Assembly (NCBI GenBank): GCA_010356995.1
Contig: ML996690.1
Location: 1,272,217 to 1,336,216, forward strand
DNA: 64,000 nucleotides
Source of the DNA: Trichodelitschia bisporula
Lineage: Eukaryota
Direction of reading: 5' to 3'
Position 1 is the first letter of the stretch. Every line of letters starts with the position of its first letter. Under the pieces are notes generated by a model, which worked only from the letters and a program-made list of their open reading frames with translations, searched no databases and was not told the origin of the DNA. Positions 1-11,380 of the stretch are shown piece after piece. The position numbers and the translations under genes are program-made.

Positions 1-6
1 CCCACA

Positions 7-822
7 ATGTCCCTCGAGCCCCTCACCTCAGCCCCCACCGCCTCGCAATTCACCCCGCTCTCCGAGCACCAATCTCACACCCCCACCACCTTCTTCGGCG
101 GCCCCGCCGTCCTGCACTACCACAGCCCCGCCTCCTCCCTCATCATCTCAAAAGCAGATTACGACCGCTACGCCCTGGTCCGCAACCTATGTGCCACGCC
201 CCCCGCTGAAGACGCCGCAGACGTTCAAATAACCGGCGTGGATGTGTGGATAACCTCCGCGTATGCCCCTCGACCCCCCTTCCCCCACTTCTCGTACACC
301 GCCTAACAAACCTCCAGCAACGTCCTCCTCTTCTCCCCCACCGCCTCCACAGGCCTCTCAATCTCCTACCCCATCATCGCCCTGCACGCACTGGGCACAT
401 ACCCACCCACCTCCGCGCCGATGGTCTACCTCCAGCTCGACCTGTACGACGTAGAGCAGAGCAACTCAGACGACGACATCGAGACGCTGCACCTGAACAT
501 CATCCCAGCCTCGGCCGGAGAGGGAGCGGCCGCAGACACCGCCACCCCCCCGGCGAAACAGCTCTTCGAAGCGCTGTGCGCCTGCGCAGACCTGAATCCC
601 GACACTGAGGAGGACGGGGAAACGCCGGATGAAACGGCGCCGGGGGCAACGGGGTGGATTACTTCAGAGAACATGGCGGACTTCATGGATGCAGACGGGA
701 ACTTTATCGGCGCGACGGAGCTAGGCCCAGGGGCAGGGACCGTACGCGGTCGGGAGGACGACGAAGTCGAAGACAACGACGGGACAAACGGGGAGGACAG
801 CAAGTGGCAGCGTACAGAATAG
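7..822 (+). CDS. pICln/Lot5-like protein (Voldacs domain; snRNP assembly chaperone family), 2 exons (7-260, 318-822)
   Basis: The intron GTATGC(261)...CTAAC...CAG(317) joins the two ORFs and gives VDVWITSANVLLFSPTASTGLSISYPIIALHA, the typical pICln motif. It is followed by LFEALCACADLNPD and an acidic GWITSEN tail. Confidence 0.85.
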
Positions 823-875
823 TCTCCGCCTCCTCAATTCCATAGCTCACAAAAAAAGCAATCCCACACACCCAC

Positions 876-1337
876 TTAACTCAACCGATCCCCCTTCCGA
901 CTCCTCCACACCTCACTAGCCTCATACTTGCTCTTCTCCCTCTCCTGCTCCGCCTGCGTCTCCGGTGCATGTCTCGTCGGCGCCGGGTCGGAGCTCGCCT
1001 CCCTACTCGGCTCGCCCGTGAAATCGCTCACCGCGTGCCCGTTCTGTGAGCGCCGGGCCCCTAGCGCCGCCAATGGACCCTCTGCGCTCTCTTTCACCGA
1101 CCCCGGATGCCGCGCGCCGTACTCAGCGTCCCGCAGGGCTTGTTGCCGGGCGGCGAGTTCGCGGTCCCGTGCGGATTTCGCAGCGCGCTCGGCGTTGATG
1201 CTGCGTTTGGCGAAGACGTAGGCGCCGCCGCCCGCGGCGATGAGCACCAGCCAGCCGTAGCCTACGGAGCGGACCTAGAGGTGCTGGTTAGCATTGCAAC
1301 GCGAGGAGAAGGGCCGGAGGAAGCGGACTGTATTCAT
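876..1337 (-). CDS. Small conserved fungal membrane-anchored protein (DUF4748-like), 2 exons
   Basis: A 9-nt exon 1 (ATG AAT ACA) and intron 1328-1275 (GTCCGC...GCTAAC...TAG) give MNTVRSVGYGWLVLIAAGGGAYVFAKRSINAER, with a C-terminal KSKYEASEVWRSRKGDRLS. Confidence 0.7.
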
Positions 1338-1929
1338 TGTTCTATCTGGCGGTGAGAATTAATTGTTTGAGTTGTTTAGGGAGAAATTGCGGGGATTGTT
1401 TGGAGAGGGATTGGTGGTAATGCTTGGTGGAGGATGCTGTGTGCCCTACGAGGTTGGAAACTTTTGGTGAAGTGGTGCCACCTCCGCCCGCCGCCACGCT
1501 TGGCTGCGGGAGTGGCGCGGCGTAGGGCTGGGAAGCGTGGGGTGTGGCGCGAGCTGGGGCTGCTATGGCGGGTGGGTGGGCGAGGAGGGGTCGGCGGCGT
1601 GCTATGAGCTTCCATTGAGCTATGAGGGGCTATCCAGTTTACATCATTGCTTGTGCTTCGCTGTCTGGGACTGTGAGACCAATGTCTGCTCTTCATTTCA
1701 TCGGGCATTATCGCGAGTGATACTGTACGGGAGACCCATCGCGCGGTTCCTAAGTTCGCCCTTGTCTTTCAGTACGCGGTGCGCTCCGGCATGGGCAAAG
1801 GAACACCAATTCCCCTCGTTCAACCACTCGGGTATGCTCGCATATATCATGCGTCCTCGTGGTTTTCACATCATCACTTATTATTTTTTGAGTTATAAGT
1901 TTGCAATTAGTTTCATCTCGCATCAATTC

Positions 1930-2046
1930 GGCTCAATGGTCTAGAGGTATGATTCTCGCTTCGGGCCATTCATTACTCCCCCCAGCCCAGCTGGGTTCCT
2001 GCAAAGGATATGCGAGAGGTCCCGCGTTCGACTCGCGGTTGAGCCC
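1930..2046 (+). tRNA. tRNA-Pro(CGG) with a 45-nt intron (1966-2010)
   Basis: Acceptor stem GGCTCAA/TTGAGCC, D-arm TGGTCTAGAGGTATGA, anticodon stem CTCGC/GCGAG with loop TT-CGG-G, intron after position 37, T-arm CGCG-TTCGACT-CGCG. A T-run Pol III terminator follows at ~2050. Confidence 0.95.
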
Positions 2047-2282
2047 GTCTTTTTTCTCCCGAGATCGGTTTTTTTGATGCTGGGAAGGGAAAGGTATGGG
2101 AATGATTTTGTTCTTTTTTTTGAAGGGACCCAGGTAGTGGGGACGAGAGATGGTTCGTTGACGCGGGTACCGACGCATTCAAGCTTCAAGCACGACAGCA
2201 TCCGCTACTCGTGAAAAGGGGAGCCAAAGGACATCAATGCAGTCTAATCCCTTCCAGAAAAACGCCTTCATGAACACCGCCC

Positions 2283-3625
2283 TCAAACAATCGTTAAATC
2301 TTTCACCTGTCCCCAAGCATTGAACCCTACACCACGAATGTTCCATTGCCCATCCTTATCCTGGCTATTCCCACCCCAATCCACCGCACGACAGAAAACC
2401 TGCCTCCCCTCGCCAGGCTCGACCTTAACCCGCGCACTCCACAAACACCACGCCCATCGCAACCTCCGCCTCCCCTCCACCGTCTTCAAGTCGTCTTTCT
2501 CAGCCCCGCCAAAATCCAGCTCCGCCTCCACCCACGTCTGCCCCCCATCCCCCGTAACCTCAGCCTTCATAACGGGGCCACAAACACCGGCGGGAACCGC
2601 ATATCCCCTCGCTTCAATCGTGCCATCGGCGGCGCGGACAACCGTGCTCCCCGACTCCGGCAGCCCGACCACGGAGTTTACTGGCATGTCCATCATAGCC
2701 GGCACGGTGGGCCAGTATTTCTCCGCTTCCTCCCAGGTACGTGCTTCGGGGGGGAGGATCTTGTAGTCATGCTGCTGGTAGAAATTGGCGCAGTCGGTGG
2801 TGGATAACGTGATGAGGTTGAGCCACTTGACGGAGCGCGCGCCGGCGATGCCGGGGATTAGGGCGCGGACGGGGAAGCCGCGGTAGGGGGTTAGGGGGGC
2901 GCCGTTCATCTGAGGGTATCAGTTCAACGTTTGCCCGGGTGAAAGAGGGAATAAGGGTCGCACCTCAAGCGCCAAAATGCAATCCCCATCCTCATCCATA
3001 GCCCGCGCCAGCGGCACACTCCCGCCATACCAGCTATCATCCTCGCACGGCGTCTCATAGCACGCAAACGAGACCCACCCCTTATACCCCTTCTCATCCA
3101 CCAAGCTATCCGCAACGCCCGCTTCCGCGAGCACATCGCGCAGGCGCGGTCCGCGCCAGGTGCAATTCATCACAGCGCCGTCGGCCCAGTCGAGGCCCTT
3201 GACTTCTTTGATGAGGGTGCGCATGCTGTGGCGTCTATTGCCGGCGCACTGGAGGACGGCGAGGACTTCATGCTGAGGAAAGGAGCGGAGATCGTCGATT
3301 GTGAAGAAGATCTTGCGGTTGACGAGCCCGTCGATTTGGACGGTGTGGGTTGCGGCGTTGATGTGTGGGATGGGGCCGTGATTGCGGTCGTATTCGTTTT
3401 TGGTTATGAAGCTGGGGGCGTTAGTGGAGCTTCGGGATATGAGTGAGGGAGTGCAGACCTTGAGAGCAGCTCGTCAATCGGCGGCTCGCGGTTCAGCGGC
3501 TCTTCCACCGTGTACTCGTACTACATGACGTCAGTCTCCTTGATATCTATAAAAAGGCCGCCAGTCTCGCGATGGCGCTGCGTTGCGGACTGGGGTGGTG
3601 GTTGAACCGAACATACCGTGGTCAT
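2283..3625 (-). CDS. Sulfite oxidase-like molybdopterin oxidoreductase, 4 exons
   Basis: The spliced product has PLNREPP, YDRNHGPIP, the Mo-ligand motif LQCAGNRR, MNGAPL...GFPVRALIPGIAGARSVKWL and a dimerisation domain (WAWCLW, WNIRGVGFNAW). Introns lie near 3616-3521, 3458-3413 and 2963-2910. Confidence 0.9.
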
Positions 3626-3947
3626 AGCGGCGATGGCGTGCTCGCACCTGACAAGTGGCGTCGTGGCGGGAGGGGTGTATATAAAACGCGCAGAAGCCCG
3701 GCTCGCGAACGATGAATTTGAAACCTGTCAGAAAGAGCTGCAATGATGGCTCAACAAAAGATCGGCGGCACCGCCACTTGATATCCACTCGCCGATGCGT
3801 GGTCACTTCCCCACCGTCTCGTCACTCCCGTTCACCGCTCGGTGCGCGCACAGGCGCGGATACCTTCGGAAAGGGAAAGGCCAGGCGCTCACGCGACTTC
3901 TGCACGCACCGATGCCGCTTTCACTCAATTGCGGCGCGAATTTTGCG

Positions 3948-4010
3948 GCAACAAGCAACGCGAAGGCAACGAGCAACGCGAAGGCAACGAGCAACGCGAA
4001 GGCAACGAGC
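3948..4010. repeat. 18-bp tandem repeat GCAACGAGCAACGCGAAG, about 3.5 copies
   Basis: Units start at 3948, 3966, 3984 and 4002 (partial). Confidence 0.9.
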
Positions 4011-5468
4011 GGCGATGAGAGCGATTCTGGGTGGCAATGAGAATTCAATTGAGTCTTTGAAACCTATTTCATGGGTCCCGCCCCTACTTAATCATCCCGA
4101 GCTCACCTTTCTTGTCCTTCCACCGCTCGCTCCGCTAGCCGCCATACAACGACGCCCGGGGCATCGGCCGCCGCCCGGTCGGGGATCTTTTGCCCGTTTT
4201 TCGCGCGCTGCATGCGTGGTGTCGTGGCCTCGTCTCCGCCCTCGAGGAGATGGTTCGATGCGGGGAGGCTCGGCGCGCTTTGCGCGACCGTTGTACGACA
4301 GCCGAGATGAGCGACCAGCGGCACGAATTCTCAATTTTGAGTTACGGTAGAGCTTGGAGTCGAGATGAATTGTGTGGTTTGCTGCATGGCCTCGGAGTGG
4401 CAGAGCTCGGACACCCGTGGGTTAGGGTTTGAGCGGTGGGGATGATCGGCGCGATGGCTGGGTGATGGCGCAGGTCGCGGTGCTGGCGATCGCGAGAGTG
4501 GTACGATGGATCGTATGTTTTCGCTGGGTGGGCGTGGGCGAGACTGCCATCGGGACTGCATGTCAGTGTGCTTGGGGTGAGATGGGTGTTTAGTGGGAAT
4601 AGTGGAGGATGCCCCGCGTGCTGCTCTCACCGTCGCTAGCTCGACGGTCATCGTACCCTTTCAGGTCTGATCTACAGACGCTCTCCCCGCATTCTTTCAG
4701 AATGTCTCCCTGGCCCGAGCTCCTCACGGCCGCGGCGACGGACTTCCTCCCCGAAACGTCATCGGGCCACCAAACTACTGTGGATCTCAGGGCATAAAGT
4801 GCAAAAGCAACGACAACCCGACTGTAGATCCTACCGTATCCATTGAAGCTCTGCGGATGCGTCCCGATAAGCGAGGACGTAGGGAACCTGTGTCATCTCA
4901 CATTCGGCCCTTGCGAAGTGTCGATCTCGCTGGACTTCCATTGCTAACCGCAGTCACTTCTCCCGAAGAGTACGAGGTCCACACAGTGGATGATAGGGAA
5001 CTTTCATATTCACAGAATCTCATGACCGGACCTTGAGCCTGAGCTTCCATCTCTACGGTGCAGTAATCATTTCGCCTCCACAGCAACTGCCATGGGAAGC
5101 CTGAAATACAAATCCGCGTCCCGCGCTGAGCCATAGCAATTAAACGCATATCCACGATCCGTCCTCAAGGGCGTGAAACCCAATAACATTCCATCGACAA
5201 ATCCAACCTGAACCTCTCGGCTACATCACGTCAACCCACCAGCTCAGGCCGATATGAACTTCATCACTCCTGCACCCGCGCCCATCCGCAGAAACGAAAC
5301 ACACGCCTGCCTCGCACGCGAAGACAGGCGAAGACAAACCCACTTGCTCTCCGCCGCCCCAACGCCGCCCACCCTCCCTCCGTCTATCCCCATCCGCCCT
5401 CCATCATTCCCATCCCTCTCTAGATCCGTCCGCATCCTCTCGCCACACCCAACTCCCATTCCAATCCC

Positions 5469-5690
5469 TCATCCCTCCCTTCTATACAGCAACGCCATCT
5501 TAAGCCGTAGATAAGCCTGAACTGCCTCGTCCGCCGATCCAGGAGTCACGGTCGCCGTGGGAGAGGAGCTGGTGCTGGACCCTGATCCGGGCCGGGTGGG
5601 CACTGACTGAGCCCAAGATTCGATGGAGGAGAGGCGTGATTGCGGGAGGTATGGGTGCGAGGCTGCGGTGGTGGGGCGGGGGTCGGTCAT
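5469..5690 (-). CDS. Small hypothetical Ser/Pro/Thr-rich protein (73 aa)
   Basis: Good start context (CATCATGA), a pyrimidine-rich leader and a G-rich trailer, as seen for the real genes in this window. No recognisable domain. Confidence 0.4.
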   Translation of the reverse strand: MTDPRPTTAASHPYLPQSRLSSIESWAQSVPTRPGSGSSTSSSPTATVTPGSADEAVQAYLRLKMALLYRREG

Positions 5691-8534
5691 GATGTCCAGC
5701 GTGAGGGAGAGGAAGCGTGAGGGAAAGGTGAGGTTGAGGAAGCGAGGTGAAGTGCGATCAGGAGGGGAGGCCAGGCTAAGAGTTCTTGAAGACGTTGCTT
5801 GGATCTAGCCGGGCTGAGACTTCTTTGAGGCGGTTCGAGTCCTTGCCGAGAAATGCTTTCTTGGGGTACTGAGGCGGCTTTCCAGCGTAGCGTGATAATC
5901 GGTACCGAAGATGTGGATTGGGATGGTAAGGTTGATACCGGTGTCGTGGGTTGGGTGTTTATATGTCGTGGAATACGTCGTGAAGAACAGGAGATCCAGT
6001 CCAAAGAATATGGAATGCACACTTGCGAATCGTGCCTCTTGCTTCCTCCTTGGAAATGAGACTGAGATAGCGGCTGCCCACTCGCCGATAATCCGCAAGC
6101 GAAAGGATTCGGTCCTGGCGTTTTCCTTTTTGTTGCGCAGGGCAGGAGAGTGGCGAGGGTAAGACGCAATAAGGCCGCCAACGTCAAACGGATTTATTGC
6201 AAAGGGGGGCAAATCAGCAACGTATTTTACTGTTTCCCTGGGGATAAAGGAGGGGCGTGAGGAGAGACGGGGCGAGGCGGGGCGTGTGCTGGAGACAAAG
6301 GATTGCGGCGCGGGGAACAGGTAACTGCGAGTATTTGGATAAAAAAGGGCCGGGCACAACGGCAGGTGTGTTTAGTTAGGGTTGGAGATGGTTTTGAGGG
6401 CCCCGTGAATGGCATCAGGGTTTACAGAGACTGGATATGGGATATATGCGAGATGTATGGAGTGTGGGGAGTGGATTGCATGGAGATGCGCGGCTTCACT
6501 GGCCTGCGACAAGACCGGCGCATTTCGCAGCGGGAGAGTGTGCATGAAGGCGACGGGCCGGCCGCGCATGCAGCAATATGCGCGCTCACGGGCTAGCCGG
6601 CCTGGCATATGACTTCTCGTGGAGCGCTTTCCTTTGCCCACAGTCTACTGCGGGATTTCGCTTCGTAGAAGCGCTGGTGAGCTGAACCTCCTCTGGGAGG
6701 GGATGTATCATCGCGGATTGCAGGAATCGTACCAGATTGGACATCCGAGTGTCGCAGGCGTTCGCCGCCGTGATTTAGCTGTGATTTGAAAGTGGAAGTC
6801 TCGGGGCGTGTGAGAGTGATAGGAGGATGAGACGTAGGGTACGTGCTCGCGATGCGAGCGGGTGTGGGGTTGACAAATACCATGCAGCATTACCGCATTG
6901 CAGCGCGTGGCACTAGCGCATCTAATCGGGAAAACTTCCTGCTCAAAACTCCTAGCCTTTCCCCCCGCAACCCCCCCCCCCACCCTCCTTGGAACAATCA
7001 CAACTTTCCAGAGAAGCCCTCACCCCATTTAGTCTTCGAAAGCCCTTCTCCTACTCGTCCACCACCTCCTAGCCGCCCCTCCATCCGGCTAGCACACGTC
7101 GAGGTCGTTCTCGTCCGCTGCCGCATCGGGCGAGGCGGACACCTCGAGGGCGCATATTCCAAATCAACGGCGTCTGTGCGCGCCGGGCGCTCTTTTTGCT
7201 GCGTGCGGAGCTTCAGCCTATCCGCTTGCTCGGATTTCTTCTTTTCTACGCGATCCCCGGCTTTCCAATTGTAAATCTCGGGACCAGCCTTGTCGAGATC
7301 TGGGAGGGAGCTGAGACGTGGGAAGGGATAGTGGGGTGATTGAGGGGTTGAGTTGCGGTGAAGACGTGCATTGCTAGTCTTGTCGAACCGTAAAGCTGCC
7401 TTTAATTCCATATTCCAGGTTCTCCACCTCCAGGATTCTTTTTACTCCTCCCCTCAGGTCAAGCCCTGCATACCACCGAATCCTTCGCTCACGAACTCGA
7501 CGCCCGACCCCGCGCCCAACCAGCACCCACACCCAAAACCACGGACCGGCCCAAACCGAACCAACCCTCGGGGAAGCCACACTCGGCCCACGCCTTACCG
7601 AATCCAGCCGGGCTCTCAACCACGACGCCATGCCCACCGCACTGTATCTATTCCACGCAAGGCTGTGCCGAACTGCCGCAATGCCGCAACGCCCGCAGGC
7701 GCGCCGCGTCACGTTTGCGTGGAATCAAGACCGGGTTTCCAAATCCAGGGAATTGCTTATGAAAGGTGCCGAAGGGCCGGAAAGATGATGACCGCCTTGT
7801 CCGGATATCTGCCGATGGAAGCGGCCACGATGTTCTTTTGGCCGGTAATTGGGCTTTTGGTTCTGAACGTGGAAACGCCTATCACGCTCCACGGCTTCAG
7901 CTCGAGCCTTGTCCAATCCAGTCGCGGCTCTTTCTCACCACAATACTCACGTCGTCTTCGTTGCAATAACCACATCCACTTTCCCATCCAGCCGCATCCA
8001 TTCCACGCAAGGCTGTGCTGCACGCCCGCAGGCGCGCTGCGTTACGGGGGGTGAATGATTTCCAAATCCGTGGACGCCCGGATGGAGGGGGCCTGTGGTG
8101 ACAGCCGTGGCCTGGCGATAGTGCACCTTGTGTAGCTCGACGCGAACGGGGAACGCCCCCAGGATTTGCACTATCACCATCCTATTCCCACGCCTCTAAA
8201 TCCTGTACAGATTCTAATATCAAATGGTGCGCCTTATGTACACGCCTCTATCCACCTCGCGTGCGGGGAGCCATCCCGTCGACAATCACGCCGCCTTCGT
8301 CGACCACCTTCAGCCCAGCCAAACAACCCCGATTATCCTCCTCGCTTCACGAGCCGATCAATACCGCCGCCCACGTTGCGATCAACACCTTCATCCTTCC
8401 CGTTTTCCCCGACCAACCCAGAGTAACACGACCGCCCATCGGCCGAAACGCCGCAATCCTCCTCGCTCCACGGGCCGATCAATACCGCTAACCACACTGC
8501 CATTCTCGACCCCCCGACCAACCCACCGAACACC

Positions 8535-10103
8535 TCACGAATCCCAAATCGGCCCAAACGCCGGCACCCCCCTCCCCTCCAACCCCCTAACAACCCTCTT
8601 CGTAACAACCTTATTCGAAATAACAACCACCGCCTCCGCTTTCGCACTCTCATACACCCCCAACGCCAGCGCCAGCATATCCGGCCTACCCTCCCTCCTC
8701 GTATCCACAATAATAGCCCGCGGATCTGCCTCCCTCACCCTCGCCACAATCCCCTTCCCAAACGTGCGTTCCGGCTCTGGGGATGCCCACACAATGCGCG
8801 CGTCCAGCCCGGCATGCCCGCTAAACAACCCCAGAACCGGCCCGATCCCAGATCCAGTGGCTACGATGATGACGGGCGAGAAGAGCGGCGCGACGCGCAG
8901 GACGCCCCATGTGGGACGCCCCTTGATCCACAGGCGCTCGGGGGGCGCAGCGACCATACGAGAAGTCCAGTCCCCCGCCGCGCTGACGACGAGGGAGTAC
9001 CCGTCCTCGCCCTCCGGCTCCGGTATGACGGCGAAGGCATGCGTCTCGCGCAACGGCGCGTCGGATAGGCGGATCGTGCGGCACGCGGCAGCCCGGCCAG
9101 GCAAATGCAACCGCACGGCATGCTCAGACAATTTCTCAGCCCGGACAGGCACACGGCGGAGTTGCAGCCAGGGGTACGCAACGAGCGCCGTCATGAGCAG
9201 GAGGCACCAAAACGGCGGGGTGTGCATAAGCGCTATGCCCAAGGACGTTCCTTCCCTCCCTGCGACCTCCCCGGCCGCACCTGCCGTCTGCAGCCAGAAA
9301 AGTACCAGCATCGCCCACCCACAGAACCGGTGGCTCATTTCGAAGGCATTGTGCGCGCAGGCGCGGACGCGCGGGTGCGCTCCGCCGATCATGGCGAATA
9401 GCAGCGTCCAGATGGCGAGGGCGAGGAGTGACTCGCCGACGAAACCGCGGGCGCGCAGAGTGCTGATCGTGTACGCGCCGTACCATGCTGCTCCTGCGAC
9501 GCCGGCGCCGCTGTGTACCCCACCGAGTGCATAAATCTTGGCTGCGAGGCGCCGGAGCCGTAGTGGCAGGGCTGGGCTTGGGAGTTGCACGAAGAGCCGG
9601 AAGAGTGCGTTGACGATGTGTTCGTTGCGTAGTGTGATGGCGGCGGTGAGGTTGACTGCTGCTGCCGTGCGGAGGTATTTGGCTGCCGATGGTGTGGCGA
9701 GCAAGCCGTGGTGTGAGGTTGCGAAGTGGCAGAGTGCGATGGCGTTGGCGCAGAAGACGGCGCCAAAGAGGCGGCGGTATATGTTGAGGAGACGCCAGCG
9801 GAGGGCGCGGTATGCTCGGTGCAGTCTGTGGAGACATGCCTTGTCCGACGGGGTGTTTTTCTGGCTGCTGGCGCTGGAACTGGCGCTGTCGAGAGAGGTT
9901 CGCAGCCTGAAGGCGGCGCTCAAATCGAAGCCAGAGCGGGAGCAGGCGCGCTGGGCCTCGATATCGTACGCCGGTGGAGTCCTGAGGATGCGCGTTAACG
10001 CAGGAGGGGGATGCGCGGGAGGAGGAGGGGCGTAAGCCGATGGCAGCGCGAGAGCAGTCTGCGCAGTACATTCCATAGGCCGTGGCATAGTCGCGTACTC
10101 CAT
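8535..10103 (-). CDS. TmpA-like integral membrane oxidoreductase (ferric reductase-like TM region plus FAD/NAD-binding C-terminus)
   Basis: 522-aa ORF with YRRLFGAVFCAN, RNEHIVNALF, KIYALGGVHSG, HNAFEMSHRFCGW, ETHAFAVI, AGDWT, VATGSGIGP and terminal RGVPAFGPIWDS. Confidence 0.85.
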   Translation of the reverse strand: MEYATMPRPMECTAQTALALPSAYAPPPPAHPPPALTRILRTPPAYDIEAQRACSRSGFDLSAAFRLRTSLDSASSSASSQKNTPSDKACLHRLHRAYRALRWRLLNIYRRLFGAVFCANAIALCHFATSHHGLLATPSAAKYLRTAAAVNLTAAITLRNEHIVNALFRLFVQLPSPALPLRLRRLAAKIYALGGVHSGAGVAGAAWYGAYTISTLRARGFVGESLLALAIWTLLFAMIGGAHPRVRACAHNAFEMSHRFCGWAMLVLFWLQTAGAAGEVAGREGTSLGIALMHTPPFWCLLLMTALVAYPWLQLRRVPVRAEKLSEHAVRLHLPGRAAACRTIRLSDAPLRETHAFAVIPEPEGEDGYSLVVSAAGDWTSRMVAAPPERLWIKGRPTWGVLRVAPLFSPVIIVATGSGIGPVLGLFSGHAGLDARIVWASPEPERTFGKGIVARVREADPRAIIVDTRREGRPDMLALALGVYESAKAEAVVVISNKVVTKRVVRGLEGRGVPAFGPIWDS

Positions 10104-11273
10104 GATCTATCTGAGTTGGGACAAGAAGCCAGGCGCGGGGACGCCCCGGGCTTTTTGACGCCTTCCACATTGCGTGGCCCCTTCCTCGCTCCTGCCTGCT
10201 CGCCGACCTTGATTTCCGGCTCGTAGGGGCAGTTGGCGCGCGCAGCGTAACGCTGCCCTTGGGCCCTGTGGGACGAGAGTGTCAAAGGGTCCTGTGCAGC
10301 GTGTGTGGTCGCAGTCTGGGCAACGGATCCGGGGGGTGGGTCGCGAGGTTCGAGAGGGCCTATGTGAGGAGGTACAGGTACACGCGCTGGACATTCTAGC
10401 ATTGCCAGCGGCATGTCTCTTCCATATCGCGCATCGCCGCCACGCATCTCGCCCATCACCATTGCACCGACACGCCCTTGGTGCCACCGCCCTCATGCAG
10501 CTGCATATTCCAGGCAGCCTATATCTCCCCATATATACCCCTCGATGCGCGCGCCCGCCACAAGCTGCAATGAAAACCGGGGACTGCGGCTGCCGCACAC
10601 TTTGACAGCCAGCACCGCATCGACGCGCATGCATATGCGGAACCGCGCGCCCATCCGCCCGCCCGCCGGCGAGCTGCATGGGCGATATCCGCAAGCGGAT
10701 CGCAGGGCGGAAGGAGGGCGGTTGAGGGCCGAGCCCTGCCGATGCCCGCCGCGTCAACCGATGCGGGCGTTCGAGGCTGTTTGCTAGAGACCCGATAGCA
10801 TAGGCCGCGGCGTGTGCCGGACCGGGCGCGCGCTTTGACAGCTGCCTTGAGCCGTGCTATCACTGCGGGGTCGGGGGGAGAGCGAAATGCAGTGGTGATG
10901 ATGTGCAGGAGCTGACGTGAGCGAGTGGGTAGACGGGAGATGAGGTACTGGCCCGTACCGTGCCTGTCTCGTTTCGTCTTCCCCGGCTTGTGTATCCCGC
11001 ACTTCGTGCCTCGCACATCTTCGTGCTAGTCTAGCCATCCGTCGGCCTCGCGGCGAGCAAGGAAGCTCGCTGTGCGTTGGGCGCCCGCATGTACTTTGGG
11101 CCGAGCTAGGACGCGCACAGGGATGGGGCTCTGTGACGCCGTTTCATGTGCCCCGGCTGTCTTTGGTCGTGCGGCCTTCCATTTTCGGGCGATGCTGCAG
11201 ACGGGTGTTTGGGGGAGCGGGATCGTGGGGATTGGTGGTGAGATGAGGGAAGCTTGTAGGAGATACTACCAGT

Positions 11274-11380
11274 AGCCAAGTAGCCAGGTAAGTGTGTAGG
11301 TGATGCTGCAGTTAGCTAAGTAGCTAGGTAAGTACGTAGGCGAAGCTGCAGTCAGCTAGGTAAGTAGGTAGGAAGCTAGT
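11274..11380. repeat. 40-bp degenerate tandem repeat, about 2.5 copies
   Basis: Units AGCYAAGTAGCYAGGTAAGT...GCTGCAGT start at 11274, 11314 and 11354 (partial). Confidence 0.8.

Noticed and set aside
1780..1845. Minus-strand GCGAGCATACCCGAGTGGTTGAACG resembling a tRNA 5' half
   Set aside because: No matching T-arm (GTTCRA) or 3' acceptor strand was found.
2121..2255. Possible structured ncRNA (RNase P CR-V-like CAATGCAGTCTA) next to the tRNA
   Set aside because: There is no complementary CR-I/P4 partner, and the region is best explained as the sulfite oxidase 3'UTR.
3948..4010. CRISPR-like array
   Set aside because: These are contiguous tandem units with no unique spacers, in eukaryotic DNA.
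4419..4429. GGGTTAGGGTT (also GTTAGGGTT near 6375) as a telomerase RNA template or interstitial telomere
   Set aside because: The match is only 9-11 nt, expected by chance in 64 kb, and no other TER elements were recognisable.
8224..9534. 436-aa plus-strand ORF and many similar long antisense ORFs
   Set aside because: These are shadow ORFs of GC-rich genes on the opposite strand with no motifs of their own.
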